From a virus (taxonomy: Duplodnaviria; Caudoviricetes), in the IMG/VR virus record IMGVR_UViG_2816332589_000001, positions 72,929 to 136,928 of that record: 64,000 bases of DNA, one strand, 5' to 3'. Below the pieces are notes generated by a model. That model saw only the letters and a list, made by a program, of their open reading frames with translations. It did no database searches and was not told the DNA's origin. Positions 55,709 through 64,000 of the stretch are shown in pieces (the stretch's first letter is position 1; every line of letters begins with the position of its first letter). Both the position numbers and the translations under genes were made by a program.

Positions 55709-57700
55709 TCACGGAGCACTGACTGCGCCCGCGGCCGGGACCGGCTCGGCAGCCTCCCGCGCTGCGATGGGGCGGCGGGCGACCGTCCGGAACGCCATGG
55801 CCCGGCCCTGCTTACCGGCCTCCTCGACCCAGCCCTTCTTCCGCCACTGGCTGAGCGGCCCGTTCACCGACGAGCGCGCGGCGAACTGGGGCAGGTCGAG
55901 CGCCACCAGGTCGTCCACGGTGATGCCCCGCGGGCCGGCCTTCTCGATGGCCTGCCACAGGGCCGCGTGCCGTTCGTCGGCTATCTCCGAGCCGTCCGGG
56001 AACGTGGGCACCGCCCGCAGTACCGGCCGCGGCAGCGGGGCGCCCTCTCCCGGGCCGCCCGACGGCGGCGTGGGAGGCGTCGGAGGCGGCGGGTCGTCCT
56101 CCGGCCCCACCGCGCTCTGCGGGTGCTCCCTGGCCCCGTTCTTGGCCTCCGCGGTGGCGTACCGGTGCACGGTCGCGCCGATCTCCTCGTCGGTCATCCA
56201 GAACGCGCGGGAGACCACCGGCACCGGGTGCGCGCGATCCCAGCGCAGGAAGTACCCGGGGCCTTCCAGCTCGTCCAGGCACCAGCCGTCGCCGTACGCC
56301 CCGGGACCGAAGATCAGGTTGGAGGTCGTGCTCTCCTTCGCGCCGAGCCCGATGCGCACCTGGTACTGCTGGCGGCCGTCGGTGTTCCCGCCGAACACGC
56401 GGTTCGACGGCGACTGTGTGGCGCACACCAGGGTGATGCCGACGAACCGCGCCACCTGGAGCAGCGACTCGATCAGCGGGGCGGCCGACGGCACCTGCCG
56501 CATCAGCTCGGCCAGCTCATCGATGAAGACGAACCAGGCGGGCCCGTGTTCCCCCGGCACCCACTTCTTGACCGGCCGACCCAGCTTCCGGCCAAGGTCC
56601 GCGAGGTACCGGCCGCGCCGCTCGACCTCCGCCCAGATGAACCGCAGCAGGGCCAGGGCCTCGGCCGGCGTCGCGGCGAAGCCCCGCGCACAGCTCCGCC
56701 ACGGGCCGAGCTCGACCGCGCCCGGTTTCAGGTCGATCAGCAGCACCTCGGCGTCCTCGCATGCGACGGCGTACGCGAGGAGCACCGCCTGGAGCGAGGA
56801 CTTGCCGTTGTCCGAGGCACCGCCGATCAGCACGTGGTTGTACAGCATGGGTACCGTGACCGGCTGGCCAAGGGCGTCCATGCCAAGGACCGCGGGCTCC
56901 TTGCACGTCGAAGTGGACGGGCCCGGCCACGCCAACGGGGAGGCCAGCGGGTCGGACTCGTACAGGCAGGCCACCAGCTCGTTGTCCTTCTCGCCCTTGG
57001 CCAGGCGCAGCTTGCCCGGCAGGCCGAGGTTCGCGGCGAGCTGGTCGCGGCGCGCGATGACCTTGTGCGGTGCGGTGTCCCGGCCGGCGGGCAGTACGAC
57101 GACCGCGCGCCATCCGAAGCGGGTGTACTCCAGCGCGGTCACGTCCACCGCGGGCACCGACAGCATCGCCACGAGGGCTTGCATGAGGGCCGTCTCCTCG
57201 CGGGTGGCGCCGGTCAGGCCCGGGGCGAGGGTGTCGGTGCCCAGGCCCTCGGCGGTGACGCCTGCCTTCGCGGCCTTCACTTGGAGGGACAGCTGCTCGC
57301 GGCGCGAGCGTACGAGCCACGGCACGTACGCGGCGTACGCGCCGCCGGTCGTCAGGGCGCTGGCTATGAGGGACGGCACCGACGGGCCCAGCCCGGCGCC
57401 GATCCACGCGTCCGCCATCACGGCCATGCCGCCCGCGCCGGCCGCCGCGATGCCCTTGTTCTTGTACTTCAGCCCTCCGGCGACCAAGGCACCGGAGGCG
57501 GCCGTCGCCAGGCCGTACGCGCCGTGCTCGGCGAGGCTGACACCACCGAGGTGGTGCAGCCACGACAGGCCCGTCAACCCCGCGATCGCGGCACCGGGCG
57601 CGAGTTCGTAGCGGCGGCGGACGCAGCACCGGTACACCTTGCCGAAGGCGCTGGCGGTCCCCAGCGCGGCGCGCGCCAGGTTCGAGTCGTGCGGAGGCAC
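55709..57700 (-). CDS. traB: FtsK/SpoIIIE-family conjugative DNA translocase (Streptomyces TraB-like)
   Basis: N-terminal TM helices, HVLIGGASDNGKS Walker A, IDLKPGAVEL, FIDELAEL Walker B, ATQSP, and a C-terminal winged helix after a Pro-rich linker. Confidence 0.9.
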   Translation of the reverse strand: MPPHDSNLARAALGTASAFGKVYRCCVRRRYELAPGAAIAGLTGLSWLHHLGGVSLAEHGAYGLATAASGALVAGGLKYKNKGIAAAGAGGMAVMADAWIGAGLGPSVPSLIASALTTGGAYAAYVPWLVRSRREQLSLQVKAAKAGVTAEGLGTDTLAPGLTGATREETALMQALVAMLSVPAVDVTALEYTRFGWRAVVVLPAGRDTAPHKVIARRDQLAANLGLPGKLRLAKGEKDNELVACLYESDPLASPLAWPGPSTSTCKEPAVLGMDALGQPVTVPMLYNHVLIGGASDNGKSSLQAVLLAYAVACEDAEVLLIDLKPGAVELGPWRSCARGFAATPAEALALLRFIWAEVERRGRYLADLGRKLGRPVKKWVPGEHGPAWFVFIDELAELMRQVPSAAPLIESLLQVARFVGITLVCATQSPSNRVFGGNTDGRQQYQVRIGLGAKESTTSNLIFGPGAYGDGWCLDELEGPGYFLRWDRAHPVPVVSRAFWMTDEEIGATVHRYATAEAKNGAREHPQSAVGPEDDPPPPTPPTPPSGGPGEGAPLPRPVLRAVPTFPDGSEIADERHAALWQAIEKAGPRGITVDDLVALDLPQFAARSSVNGPLSQWRKKGWVEEAGKQGRAMAFRTVARRPIAAREAAEPVPAAGAVSAP

Positions 57701-57717
57701 AGCAGTCTCCCCGGGAA

Positions 57718-57771
57718 GTGACGTGACGTGAGCGGCGGAGAAAACCCCTGTTCAGGGGGTCGTCACGTCAC
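57718..57771. promoter_or_regulatory. Inverted GTGACGTGACG repeats upstream of traB
   Basis: GTGACGTGACG 57718-57728 and CGTCACGTCAC 57761-57771 enclose CCCCTG-TT-CAGGGG. Confidence 0.6.
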
Positions 57772-57916
57772 ACCGCGACGGGGAGAGGAAGCCGGAAGGG
57801 AGCACGGCGGTACGAGGCATGGTTATGCCCTCCTGGTTGTTCGGAGCGATGGCCGGGCGCTTGCTCGTCGCGCCGTAGCCGGTATGAAGTTCTGGCAGAA
57901 GCCTACCCGCCGATGA

Positions 57917-58477
57917 TCAGGTGGTGCCGAGAGTTGTTCTTCGTGGGAACGGGATCTCCCGCCCCCTGTCGCAGAGGAACGTACGGATCTCGGCCCCCGG
58001 ATCGTCTTCGCCTTCATCGACGAGTTGGCCGGCCACGTGCTGCATCAGTTCGTCCCACGTCTCGGGCCCGGAAGCCACCCACGTGTTGGCGTCCACCTCC
58101 AGGCGGCTGGTCATCAGGCCGAGTTCGCGGTGCCGGACGGCGATCAGGAGGAGTTGCCGGGCCGGGTCCGGGGAGCCGTACGGCAGGTCGCCGTCCTCGA
58201 TGAGCGGGTACTCGATCCCGCCGCTCAGCAGCGTCATGCGCACCGGGGCGCAGATGAGGCAGGGCCGGGTGAGGTCACCCGACGTGAGGTCGGCGCAGCG
58301 GTCGCACAGCATCCCTTCGTGGTGCAGCATCATGCGGAGGCGGCCGGTGACCCAGTGCGGGGCCTCGGGCGGCATCATGTTCCACGGCATGGCCAGGGCT
58401 ACCTGGGCGGTGAGCTTGCGCTCACCGGCCTGCGCATGGGCCCGTACGAGGGGGATGTCGGGAAAGTCGAAGGTCAC
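57917..58477 (-). CDS. Hypothetical protein with CxxC...CxxC
   Basis: GTGA coupling; CDRC...CLIC. Confidence 0.6.
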   Translation of the reverse strand: MTFDFPDIPLVRAHAQAGERKLTAQVALAMPWNMMPPEAPHWVTGRLRMMLHHEGMLCDRCADLTSGDLTRPCLICAPVRMTLLSGGIEYPLIEDGDLPYGSPDPARQLLLIAVRHRELGLMTSRLEVDANTWVASGPETWDELMQHVAGQLVDEGEDDPGAEIRTFLCDRGREIPFPRRTTLGTT

Positions 58478-58734
58478 GGGCGAAGCTCCAGGACCAGCAT
58501 GGTGGCCTTGTCCCAGCAGTCCCCACAGGGGTATCCCGCGGAGCCGCAGATGATGTCTGCGATGCGTGGCACGAGGGCGGTGTTCAGATCCGGTCCACGG
58601 GTCAGCCGGATCGCGGCGTCCGCCTTCCGCAGGCAAGAGGTGCAGGACTTCGTCTTGCCCTCGCGCCGGCCGCAGATCGTCAGGGACGCCTCGCGCAGCA
58701 GCTCGGCGCGCGACACAGTGGCGACATTGCTCAT
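58474..58734 (-). CDS. Small protein with two IC...CxxC repeats
   Basis: GGAG RBS; ICG...CTSC and ICG...CGDC. Confidence 0.6.
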   Translation of the reverse strand: MSNVATVSRAELLREASLTICGRREGKTKSCTSCLRKADAAIRLTRGPDLNTALVPRIADIICGSAGYPCGDCWDKATMLVLELRP

Positions 58735-58832
58735 GCTCTCTCCCGAAGCACGGCCCCCTGCGTGACTAAGGTGTCGGCGGGCGCCGACGCAGGGAGCCGT
58801 GCACCGGGTAGACGGAGCGGCCTGCGGATTCG

Positions 58833-59441
58833 TTACACCGCGGCGTACGGGTCCGGCAGCGGGACGGCCGGCACCCAGCCATCCGGGCCCTCGTACTCCA
58901 TGCCCGATGTGGCGTGCACGGTCACCGTGTAGTTCTCGCCGTCCCGGCGCAGGACGAGGTACTGCCCGTGAGTGTCGATGATGACTCCCGGGTGTCCGTC
59001 GTGTCGGACCCGGAGCCCCAGGCCCACGCGGACACCGATCCGCTGCTCCAGCCGGTAGTACGAGCGGATGTGCTCCAGGTCGGAGTGCTGCCGCTCGGAC
59101 GCCGCGAACAGCGCCTCGCACGCCCTGCGGTGGCAGCGCGCGGTCTTCGCCACGTCGTGCGCGTCGAGGGGCAGGTCGTCGCAGAGCATGATGCTGCTCG
59201 GGTCGCACGCGGCGGCCAAGGCGCCGAGCTGCCCGCCGACACGGGTCGTGAGGTGGCTGGAGACCACTGCCATGTGCGCGGCCTTCGCTGAGCGGGTGTC
59301 GGGCCGGTCGTAGAAGGAGGCATCCCGGAGCATGGCCGTCAGCTCTCCGCCGGAGACGGCCGGGGCGCCGTGCGGCACGCCGTTCACCTCCGAGTAGTGC
59401 ACAGGCGCCGGGCGCCGTTGCATCGGCGTCAGCGCGCTCAC
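58833..59441 (-). CDS. Hypothetical protein
   Basis: GTGA coupling; LEHIRSYY...GLRVRHDGHPGVI. Confidence 0.65.
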   Translation of the reverse strand: MSALTPMQRRPAPVHYSEVNGVPHGAPAVSGGELTAMLRDASFYDRPDTRSAKAAHMAVVSSHLTTRVGGQLGALAAACDPSSIMLCDDLPLDAHDVAKTARCHRRACEALFAASERQHSDLEHIRSYYRLEQRIGVRVGLGLRVRHDGHPGVIIDTHGQYLVLRRDGENYTVTVHATSGMEYEGPDGWVPAVPLPDPYAAV

Positions 59442-59650
59442 TGACCGTCTCCCCACGCGGCGTCCACCAGATCCGGGTCCGGCTGAACCAGGGCGGCAGC
59501 CTCCTCGAAACCAGCTTCCCGCAGGCGTGCCGCGATCTCGGTATCCCGCAGCGCGAGGAGCGCGTCCGCGTACGTCGGCACCGACTCGGTGCGCAGCCCC
59601 GATTCCTCGAACAGCTCGGCCGCACGCTGCCGGGCGGACTTCTCATCCAT
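59438..59650 (-). CDS. Small hypothetical protein
   Basis: GAGGAG RBS; overlaps the stop of the RusA-like gene. Confidence 0.6.
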   Translation of the reverse strand: MDEKSARQRAAELFEESGLRTESVPTYADALLALRDTEIAARLREAGFEEAAALVQPDPDLVDAAWGDGQ

Positions 59651-60203
59651 GCGTGTTCTCCTCCCCCTGGTCGATGATGACCAGCGACATCCTGATGTTC
59701 GCACCGCTCTGACGCTCTCCAGCACGCGGATCAACGCCGGTGACCACCGCAGCGTTATCGTCCTCGAACACGCCCGCATCCTGAAGGCCGTCCACCGCGG
59801 CCTTCGCCGCCAGCGACCAGTTCGACGGGTCGAAGACGCGCGTGCGCATCTTCGGCTTCACGACGTAGACCACGCGGGCCCGGACCAGCCGCGGGACACG
59901 CTGCGCGCGGGCGAGCACAGCAGCCGTCTCCCGTATGGAGGCGGCGACCTTGCGCTCCTCCGCCCAGTGCCAGCCGCGCACGGCATTGGCGTTGATCAGC
60001 TCCATGTCGGGCAGGTCGAGCACCCAGTGCCGGGCGGCGCCGACCTCCCGGACGGCGTCCCACTCGACGTACGCCGCCGCACTGGAACCGCCAGCTCGGG
60101 AACGGGCCGCGGCCGGCTTCTTCTTCGGCGCTCGCGCCGCGCCGAGCTGGGCTCGCAGGCCGGGATAGCGCGCGGCCTCCTTCACGCTGATACGGAACGC
60201 CAC
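59643..60203 (-). CDS. RusA-like Holliday junction resolvase
   Basis: DPSNWSLAAKAAVDGLQDAGVFEDDN motif; AGGAGG RBS. Confidence 0.8.
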   Translation of the reverse strand: MAFRISVKEAARYPGLRAQLGAARAPKKKPAAARSRAGGSSAAAYVEWDAVREVGAARHWVLDLPDMELINANAVRGWHWAEERKVAASIRETAAVLARAQRVPRLVRARVVYVVKPKMRTRVFDPSNWSLAAKAAVDGLQDAGVFEDDNAAVVTGVDPRAGERQSGANIRMSLVIIDQGEENTHG

Positions 60204-60204
60204 G

Positions 60205-60480
60205 TCACGCCTCCTGGTCGGGGTGGCCATCGTCGCCCGACGCGTCGGCTTCCGTCTCCGCGTGGACCCGCTGCTGCACCTCGGCCATGTGCTGGTCGAA
60301 GCCCTCCTGGTGGGCTTGGTGGTCGTACCGCCGCGGGTCCATCCAGTCCCCTGCCGAGCAGGCCGCGGCGTAGAGCTTCGTATCGCCGCCGAACAGGGTC
60401 CGGTGGGTGCCGACCGGTTCGAGCAGCAGGCGGTGTTCCCTGCGCACCTCGTCCATCAGCGGATCGTCGGTGTAGTGCAT
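60205..60480 (-). CDS. Small hypothetical protein behind leader copy G
   Basis: GAAGGGA RBS. Confidence 0.65.
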   Translation of the reverse strand: MHYTDDPLMDEVRREHRLLLEPVGTHRTLFGGDTKLYAAACSAGDWMDPRRYDHQAHQEGFDQHMAEVQQRVHAETEADASGDDGHPDQEA

Positions 60481-60532
60481 CTGCTGTCCCTTCGGAGCGT
60501 TGTGGTCCCGGCGCTCGCTCGTGCGCCGAGCC
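60481..60532 (-). promoter_or_regulatory. Leader hairpin copy G (no upstream box)
   Basis: CTCGGCGC-ACGAGCGA-GCGCCGGG-ACCACAACGCTCC-GAAGGGAC...ATG. Confidence 0.75.
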
Positions 60533-60583
60533 GTGTTCAGGGCTTTGACCTGGTCTTTGGTTGTTACGGGGCGTGCCGCGGGC

Positions 60584-61057
60584 CTACGACTCTTCCGGTG
60601 TTCCGAGGCGGAAGGTGTTCGGTTTCTTCACGATCTCCAGAGCCTCGGCGAAGACGGGCACCAGGCCCTCGGCGAGGTAGTAGCCGCCGGTCTTCGACCA
60701 ACCCGTCTTGTCGGGAGTGGTGGGCGTGAACGGGTGGGGAATGCTTTCGGACCAATGCCCTTGTTCGGCCCCGCGCTTGATGGCCTTCGTGATGGACTGC
60801 GTGGGTCCGCGGAAGGCGTTCTCGCCCAGCTTCACGCGGTAGGCCGCGCCGTCGAGCCATCCGTTGCCCTCGACCGCGGCCGTCACGAACTGGCGGGTCC
60901 GGAGGTTGAGGTCGCGCAGCAGCTTCACCGCGCGATCGACGGTCCACTCGGCGTCGGTGGTGACGGTGGCCGGCGCGGCAACGCGGTTCATGAGGTCGGT
61001 GACGGCGGCCATGATCTCCGGCGGGGCCGGATCGGGGCACTCAATGGTGATCTTCAT
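60584..61057 (-). CDS. Putative winged-helix DNA-binding protein
   Basis: WTVDRAVKLLRDL...FRGPTQSITKAIKR; GAGG RBS; adjacent to the large palindrome. Confidence 0.6.
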   Translation of the reverse strand: MKITIECPDPAPPEIMAAVTDLMNRVAAPATVTTDAEWTVDRAVKLLRDLNLRTRQFVTAAVEGNGWLDGAAYRVKLGENAFRGPTQSITKAIKRGAEQGHWSESIPHPFTPTTPDKTGWSKTGGYYLAEGLVPVFAEALEIVKKPNTFRLGTPEES

Positions 61058-61078
61058 TCGGGGCCTCTCAGAAAAATA

Positions 61079-61146
61079 ACCCTGGTTAAACCCTGGTTCT
61101 ACAGTGTGCCTCACCGGGCCCTGTAGAACCAGGGTTTAACCAGGGT
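61079..61146. repeat. Perfect 26-bp inverted repeat with 16-bp spacer, built of ACCCTGGTT units
   Basis: ACCCTGGTTAAACCCTGGTTCTACAG at 61079-61104; reverse complement at 61121-61146. Confidence 0.92.
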
Positions 61147-61251
61147 CTATCAATCCGGTGAGTCCTCCCCCGCGGCCCCGTGGACTCGGTTAGGGTGCCC
61201 TTGGCGGTTATTCCACCGGGAATAGTCGCCACTTACACCGGAGGGGAACAG

Positions 61252-61950
61252 ATGAGCGAGAGCGAACAGTCCGGACGTGAACACGACAGCGAGAAGCGGG
61301 CAGCGGACCGCGATCCGCTCGCGTGGGCCGCGGAAGTGACCGCCGGGGGCGAGAACCCGACAGACGGCGTCCGCATCACCTCCTTCGACAGCCCCGCCAT
61401 CCCCTCCAGTCGGCTCGGCCGCATGGAGAGCCCCGTCGAGATGTACACGGTCATGAAGCCCGTGCCGAACCCGCTGCCCGCGCCCGCCGACGCCGAGGAG
61501 TGGCTGAAGTCCTTCGCGCCCGACGCTCCTCGCACGCCGCGTGCCCACGGGATGCGGCGCGGCGAGACGACCGACAGCAGTGCGGGGCGCGAACTCGCCC
61601 TGCTGTGGGCCAAGTTCTGCCCCGGCGTAGTCGAGCACGCCAACGCGAAGACCCCGCCGGGCAAGACCCCGCCGCCGTCGGCGGACCAGGCGGCCCGGTG
61701 GAAGGAGGCCGTCGCACGCGCCGCCGACCCGGGAACGCTCGCCATGCTGGAAGTCGAGTACACGGCGGCTCTTCACCACCTGGCCCCCGACCAGCCCCGC
61801 CCCCTGGCCGTAGACACCGATCCGCAGGGCACCCCGGCCGAGTGGCCGGGCGGGCCCGGCCTCGACCTGTGCCGTACCTGCGACGCCCCCGCGGACGAGC
61901 CCTCGACGCAGTGCACCAACCCCTTCAACCATCACGGGACCGCCCAGTGA
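61252..61950 (+). CDS. Hypothetical protein
   Basis: GGAGG RBS; C-terminal CRTC...CTNPFNH. Confidence 0.6.
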   Translation: MSESEQSGREHDSEKRAADRDPLAWAAEVTAGGENPTDGVRITSFDSPAIPSSRLGRMESPVEMYTVMKPVPNPLPAPADAEEWLKSFAPDAPRTPRAHGMRRGETTDSSAGRELALLWAKFCPGVVEHANAKTPPGKTPPPSADQAARWKEAVARAADPGTLAMLEVEYTAALHHLAPDQPRPLAVDTDPQGTPAEWPGGPGLDLCRTCDAPADEPSTQCTNPFNHHGTAQ

Positions 61951-62354
61951 ACGAGCCACTTCACTCCGTCGGACCGACTGGCGCGAGCCTGCGAGAGCAT
62001 CTGACGGGCTGGGCGGAGCGGCAGCCGTCCTCCCCCGGGATCGCCGCTGGGGTGGACGTGCCGGCGGATGGCGGCGGAGAGCCCGCCGTCGTCATCGAGC
62101 AGTCCGAAGACGACGGGGCCCGCGAACTCGCCGCACAGGTCGACAAGTTGCACCGCTTCTTGCAGGAGCGGGGCACGGAACGCGTGGCGACGCCCCTGTT
62201 CTGGGAGTCCCTGGGCTACGCCCGCGGGCGGGCCGAGGCCCACCTTGCCCACGGTGACACCGCCCGGGCCGCCCAGATGCTGCGATGGTTCCAGAATGAG
62301 GCGGAGGCCCAGGGGAAGGATCACCCCGACTTCCCCGCGGAGGGCGCGCGGTGA
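61947..62354 (+). CDS. Hypothetical protein
   Basis: GTGA coupling; ends in KDHPDFP. Confidence 0.6.
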   Translation: MNEPLHSVGPTGASLREHLTGWAERQPSSPGIAAGVDVPADGGGEPAVVIEQSEDDGARELAAQVDKLHRFLQERGTERVATPLFWESLGYARGRAEAHLAHGDTARAAQMLRWFQNEAEAQGKDHPDFPAEGAR

Positions 62355-62791
62355 CCGAGCAGCGACCGAAGCGACTGGACGCCGGAAGTGATGCAACGGC
62401 CGTGCAGTGGGCGGACTTCCTGGAGGCCCGCACCAAGGAGGAGTTGGAGGCCGCCGACGCCTTTGTGACCCAGAGCTGGTGGGAGCTGACGGAGCCGGGC
62501 GCGCGCCGGTTCGGTGTCCAGGGGATGGGCGGCCGGGTCTTCGCGCCGGTCCTCACCGGCTCCGGCCACTGGCTGGACCAGGCCACCGCCCTGCACATCG
62601 TCCGCAACCAGCCCCGGCGCACACGTGACGATCTCCTGGGCAAGCTGATGCTGATCGGTCTGCTGAGGAACCAGATCGCGGAGGAAGGCGGATCGCTCGT
62701 CGGGCCGCTCCTCCTGGTCGTGCAGCAGTTCGCCGCCCCATTCATCGACCACCCCGACCACCCCGAGTATCAGGCCCCGGAGGAGCCGTGA
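62351..62791 (+). CDS. DUF6221-like protein
   Basis: DFLEART.EE...HIVRNQPRR...FAAPFIDHPDH. Confidence 0.65.
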   Translation: MTEQRPKRLDAGSDATAVQWADFLEARTKEELEAADAFVTQSWWELTEPGARRFGVQGMGGRVFAPVLTGSGHWLDQATALHIVRNQPRRTRDDLLGKLMLIGLLRNQIAEEGGSLVGPLLLVVQQFAAPFIDHPDHPEYQAPEEP

Positions 62792-63963
62792 CAGAGCTGG
62801 TGGAGCAGGTTATCGACGCCGAGCTGGTCACCCTGGACGAGCTGGCGGTGGCGCCGGAGCCTTCCCCCGTCCAGTACAAAGTCGATCAGCACACAGTACT
62901 GGGCCCGGGGCAGCTTCCGCCGCGCGCCGACGAGACGCCCGGATGGACCGACGCCGACTTCCGTGTCTCCGCGGAGGACATCGAGGAGCTGAGCGATCCC
63001 GACCTCGCGGAGAACACGCTGTACAACCGCAAGCGGTCCGTGGCGGCCTTTGAGGCGTGGTGCGCGAAGGAGGGGCGGGTGGCGTGGCCGTGCACCACGG
63101 CGACGTACACCGCGTACGGGCTCGAACTGATCCGCCGCGGGAAGCAGGGTGAGTTCGCGCCGGACACCGTCCGGCAGTACATGAACCGCATCTACCAGTG
63201 GCAGCCCGAGAAGCTGCGCCCCGATCCGACCCGGGTCCGGGCCAAGATCCGCATCTGGCGAAAGCAGTGGAAGGCGGCCGGCGGGGAGGTACGCCGCGCG
63301 GCGGCGCTCACCATCCCCTATCTGCTCAAGTGCCTGAAGCAGTGCGACGAGAGCACTCACATCGGCATCCGGGACGCCTTCGCGCTGGCCCTCGCCTATC
63401 ACAATCTCCACCGCCGCAGCGAGCTGACCGACCTCCTGGAAGCCCACATCAAGATCATGGACTCGGGTCTGGTCGTCACCACCGCCACCTCTAAGACGGA
63501 CACGAACTCGAAGGGCTCGACCGAGTTCCTGGCCGACCGGCCCGACACGCAGCTCGTCCGTCGCGCGCGGGCCTGGTTCGCGGTGCGCGAGAAGATCGGC
63601 GCGGGCGGCCCACGCCGGCCGGTGTTCATGGCCCTCACCGTCAAGGGCAATCTGGCGTCCCGGAAGCTGGCCACCAAACGCGGGGAGCACCTGAAGCCGG
63701 GTGCGATCAACGATCGCGTCCAGCTGCTCGCCGACCGGGCCGGCGTCCCCTACATCGCGGGGAAGAAGGTCACCGCGCACAGTCTCCGGGCGGGACCGAA
63801 CACCGACATGATCCAGGCAGGCGTCCCCTTGGCCGAGCGGAACCGGCGTGGGCGGTGGTCGCCGGAAGCGACCACGGCGGACACCGTCTACGACCGGCCG
63901 CACAACGCGGGACGGAGCGACCCGCTGGCGAAGGTGCCGGTCGGCGGCTACCCGGCGGACTGA
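62788..63963 (+). CDS. Tyrosine recombinase, Cre-like
   Basis: RRSEL (Arg), SKTD (Lys), AHSLRAG (HxxR), GRW (Trp) and VYDR (Tyr) form a complete catalytic set. Confidence 0.9.
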   Translation: MTELVEQVIDAELVTLDELAVAPEPSPVQYKVDQHTVLGPGQLPPRADETPGWTDADFRVSAEDIEELSDPDLAENTLYNRKRSVAAFEAWCAKEGRVAWPCTTATYTAYGLELIRRGKQGEFAPDTVRQYMNRIYQWQPEKLRPDPTRVRAKIRIWRKQWKAAGGEVRRAAALTIPYLLKCLKQCDESTHIGIRDAFALALAYHNLHRRSELTDLLEAHIKIMDSGLVVTTATSKTDTNSKGSTEFLADRPDTQLVRRARAWFAVREKIGAGGPRRPVFMALTVKGNLASRKLATKRGEHLKPGAINDRVQLLADRAGVPYIAGKKVTAHSLRAGPNTDMIQAGVPLAERNRRGRWSPEATTADTVYDRPHNAGRSDPLAKVPVGGYPAD

Positions 63964-64000
63964 GAAGTTCCCGGCGTTCGGGGTATCGGACCGCACCGAA

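Noticed and set aside
61079-61146. Protelomerase telRL site
   Set aside because: The 16-bp non-palindromic centre is unlike telRL sites, and no protelomerase is recognisable in the window.
1-64000. tRNA, rRNA or IS transposase genes
   Set aside because: No cloverleaf, rRNA-like or DDE/HUH transposase motif was recognised by eye; a dedicated scan was not possible.

Overview
This high-GC, Streptomyces-like window looks like part of a large phage-plasmid hybrid element. Phage-type genes are an endolysin C-terminus, Ssb, HNH nuclease, terminase large subunit, RusA-like resolvase and a Bro-N domain. Plasmid-type genes are a TraB/FtsK translocase and a candidate HTH replication initiator. It also carries three recombinase-fold genes: a serine recombinase with a HicA-like C-terminus followed by a HicB-like gene, an apparently inactive tyrosine-recombinase-fold protein, and a Cre-like integrase. 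The centre (~12.6-38 kb) is a symmetric divergent array of about 35 short, mostly unknown genes read outward from ~26.95 kb. Three families of repeated non-coding elements punctuate it: (i) a GGACRYGGTGTACAGT promoter/operator box; (ii) a 5' leader hairpin with a covarying stem, a conserved ACGAGCG(A) loop and a downstream complementary CGCTC just before the RBS (7 copies); (iii) GC-rich hairpins starting at TGACC stop codons. Other notable items are an orphan degenerate type I-E-like mini-CRISPR, a BldN-like ECF sigma operon, a PIMT gene behind an Asp/Gly-rich peptide, a cluster of five 16-bp palindromes, a 47-bp direct repeat, and perfect 23-bp and 26-bp inverted repeats. All family names come from recognising motifs by eye, with no database search. 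Many start codons were re-chosen from RBS and coupling evidence.
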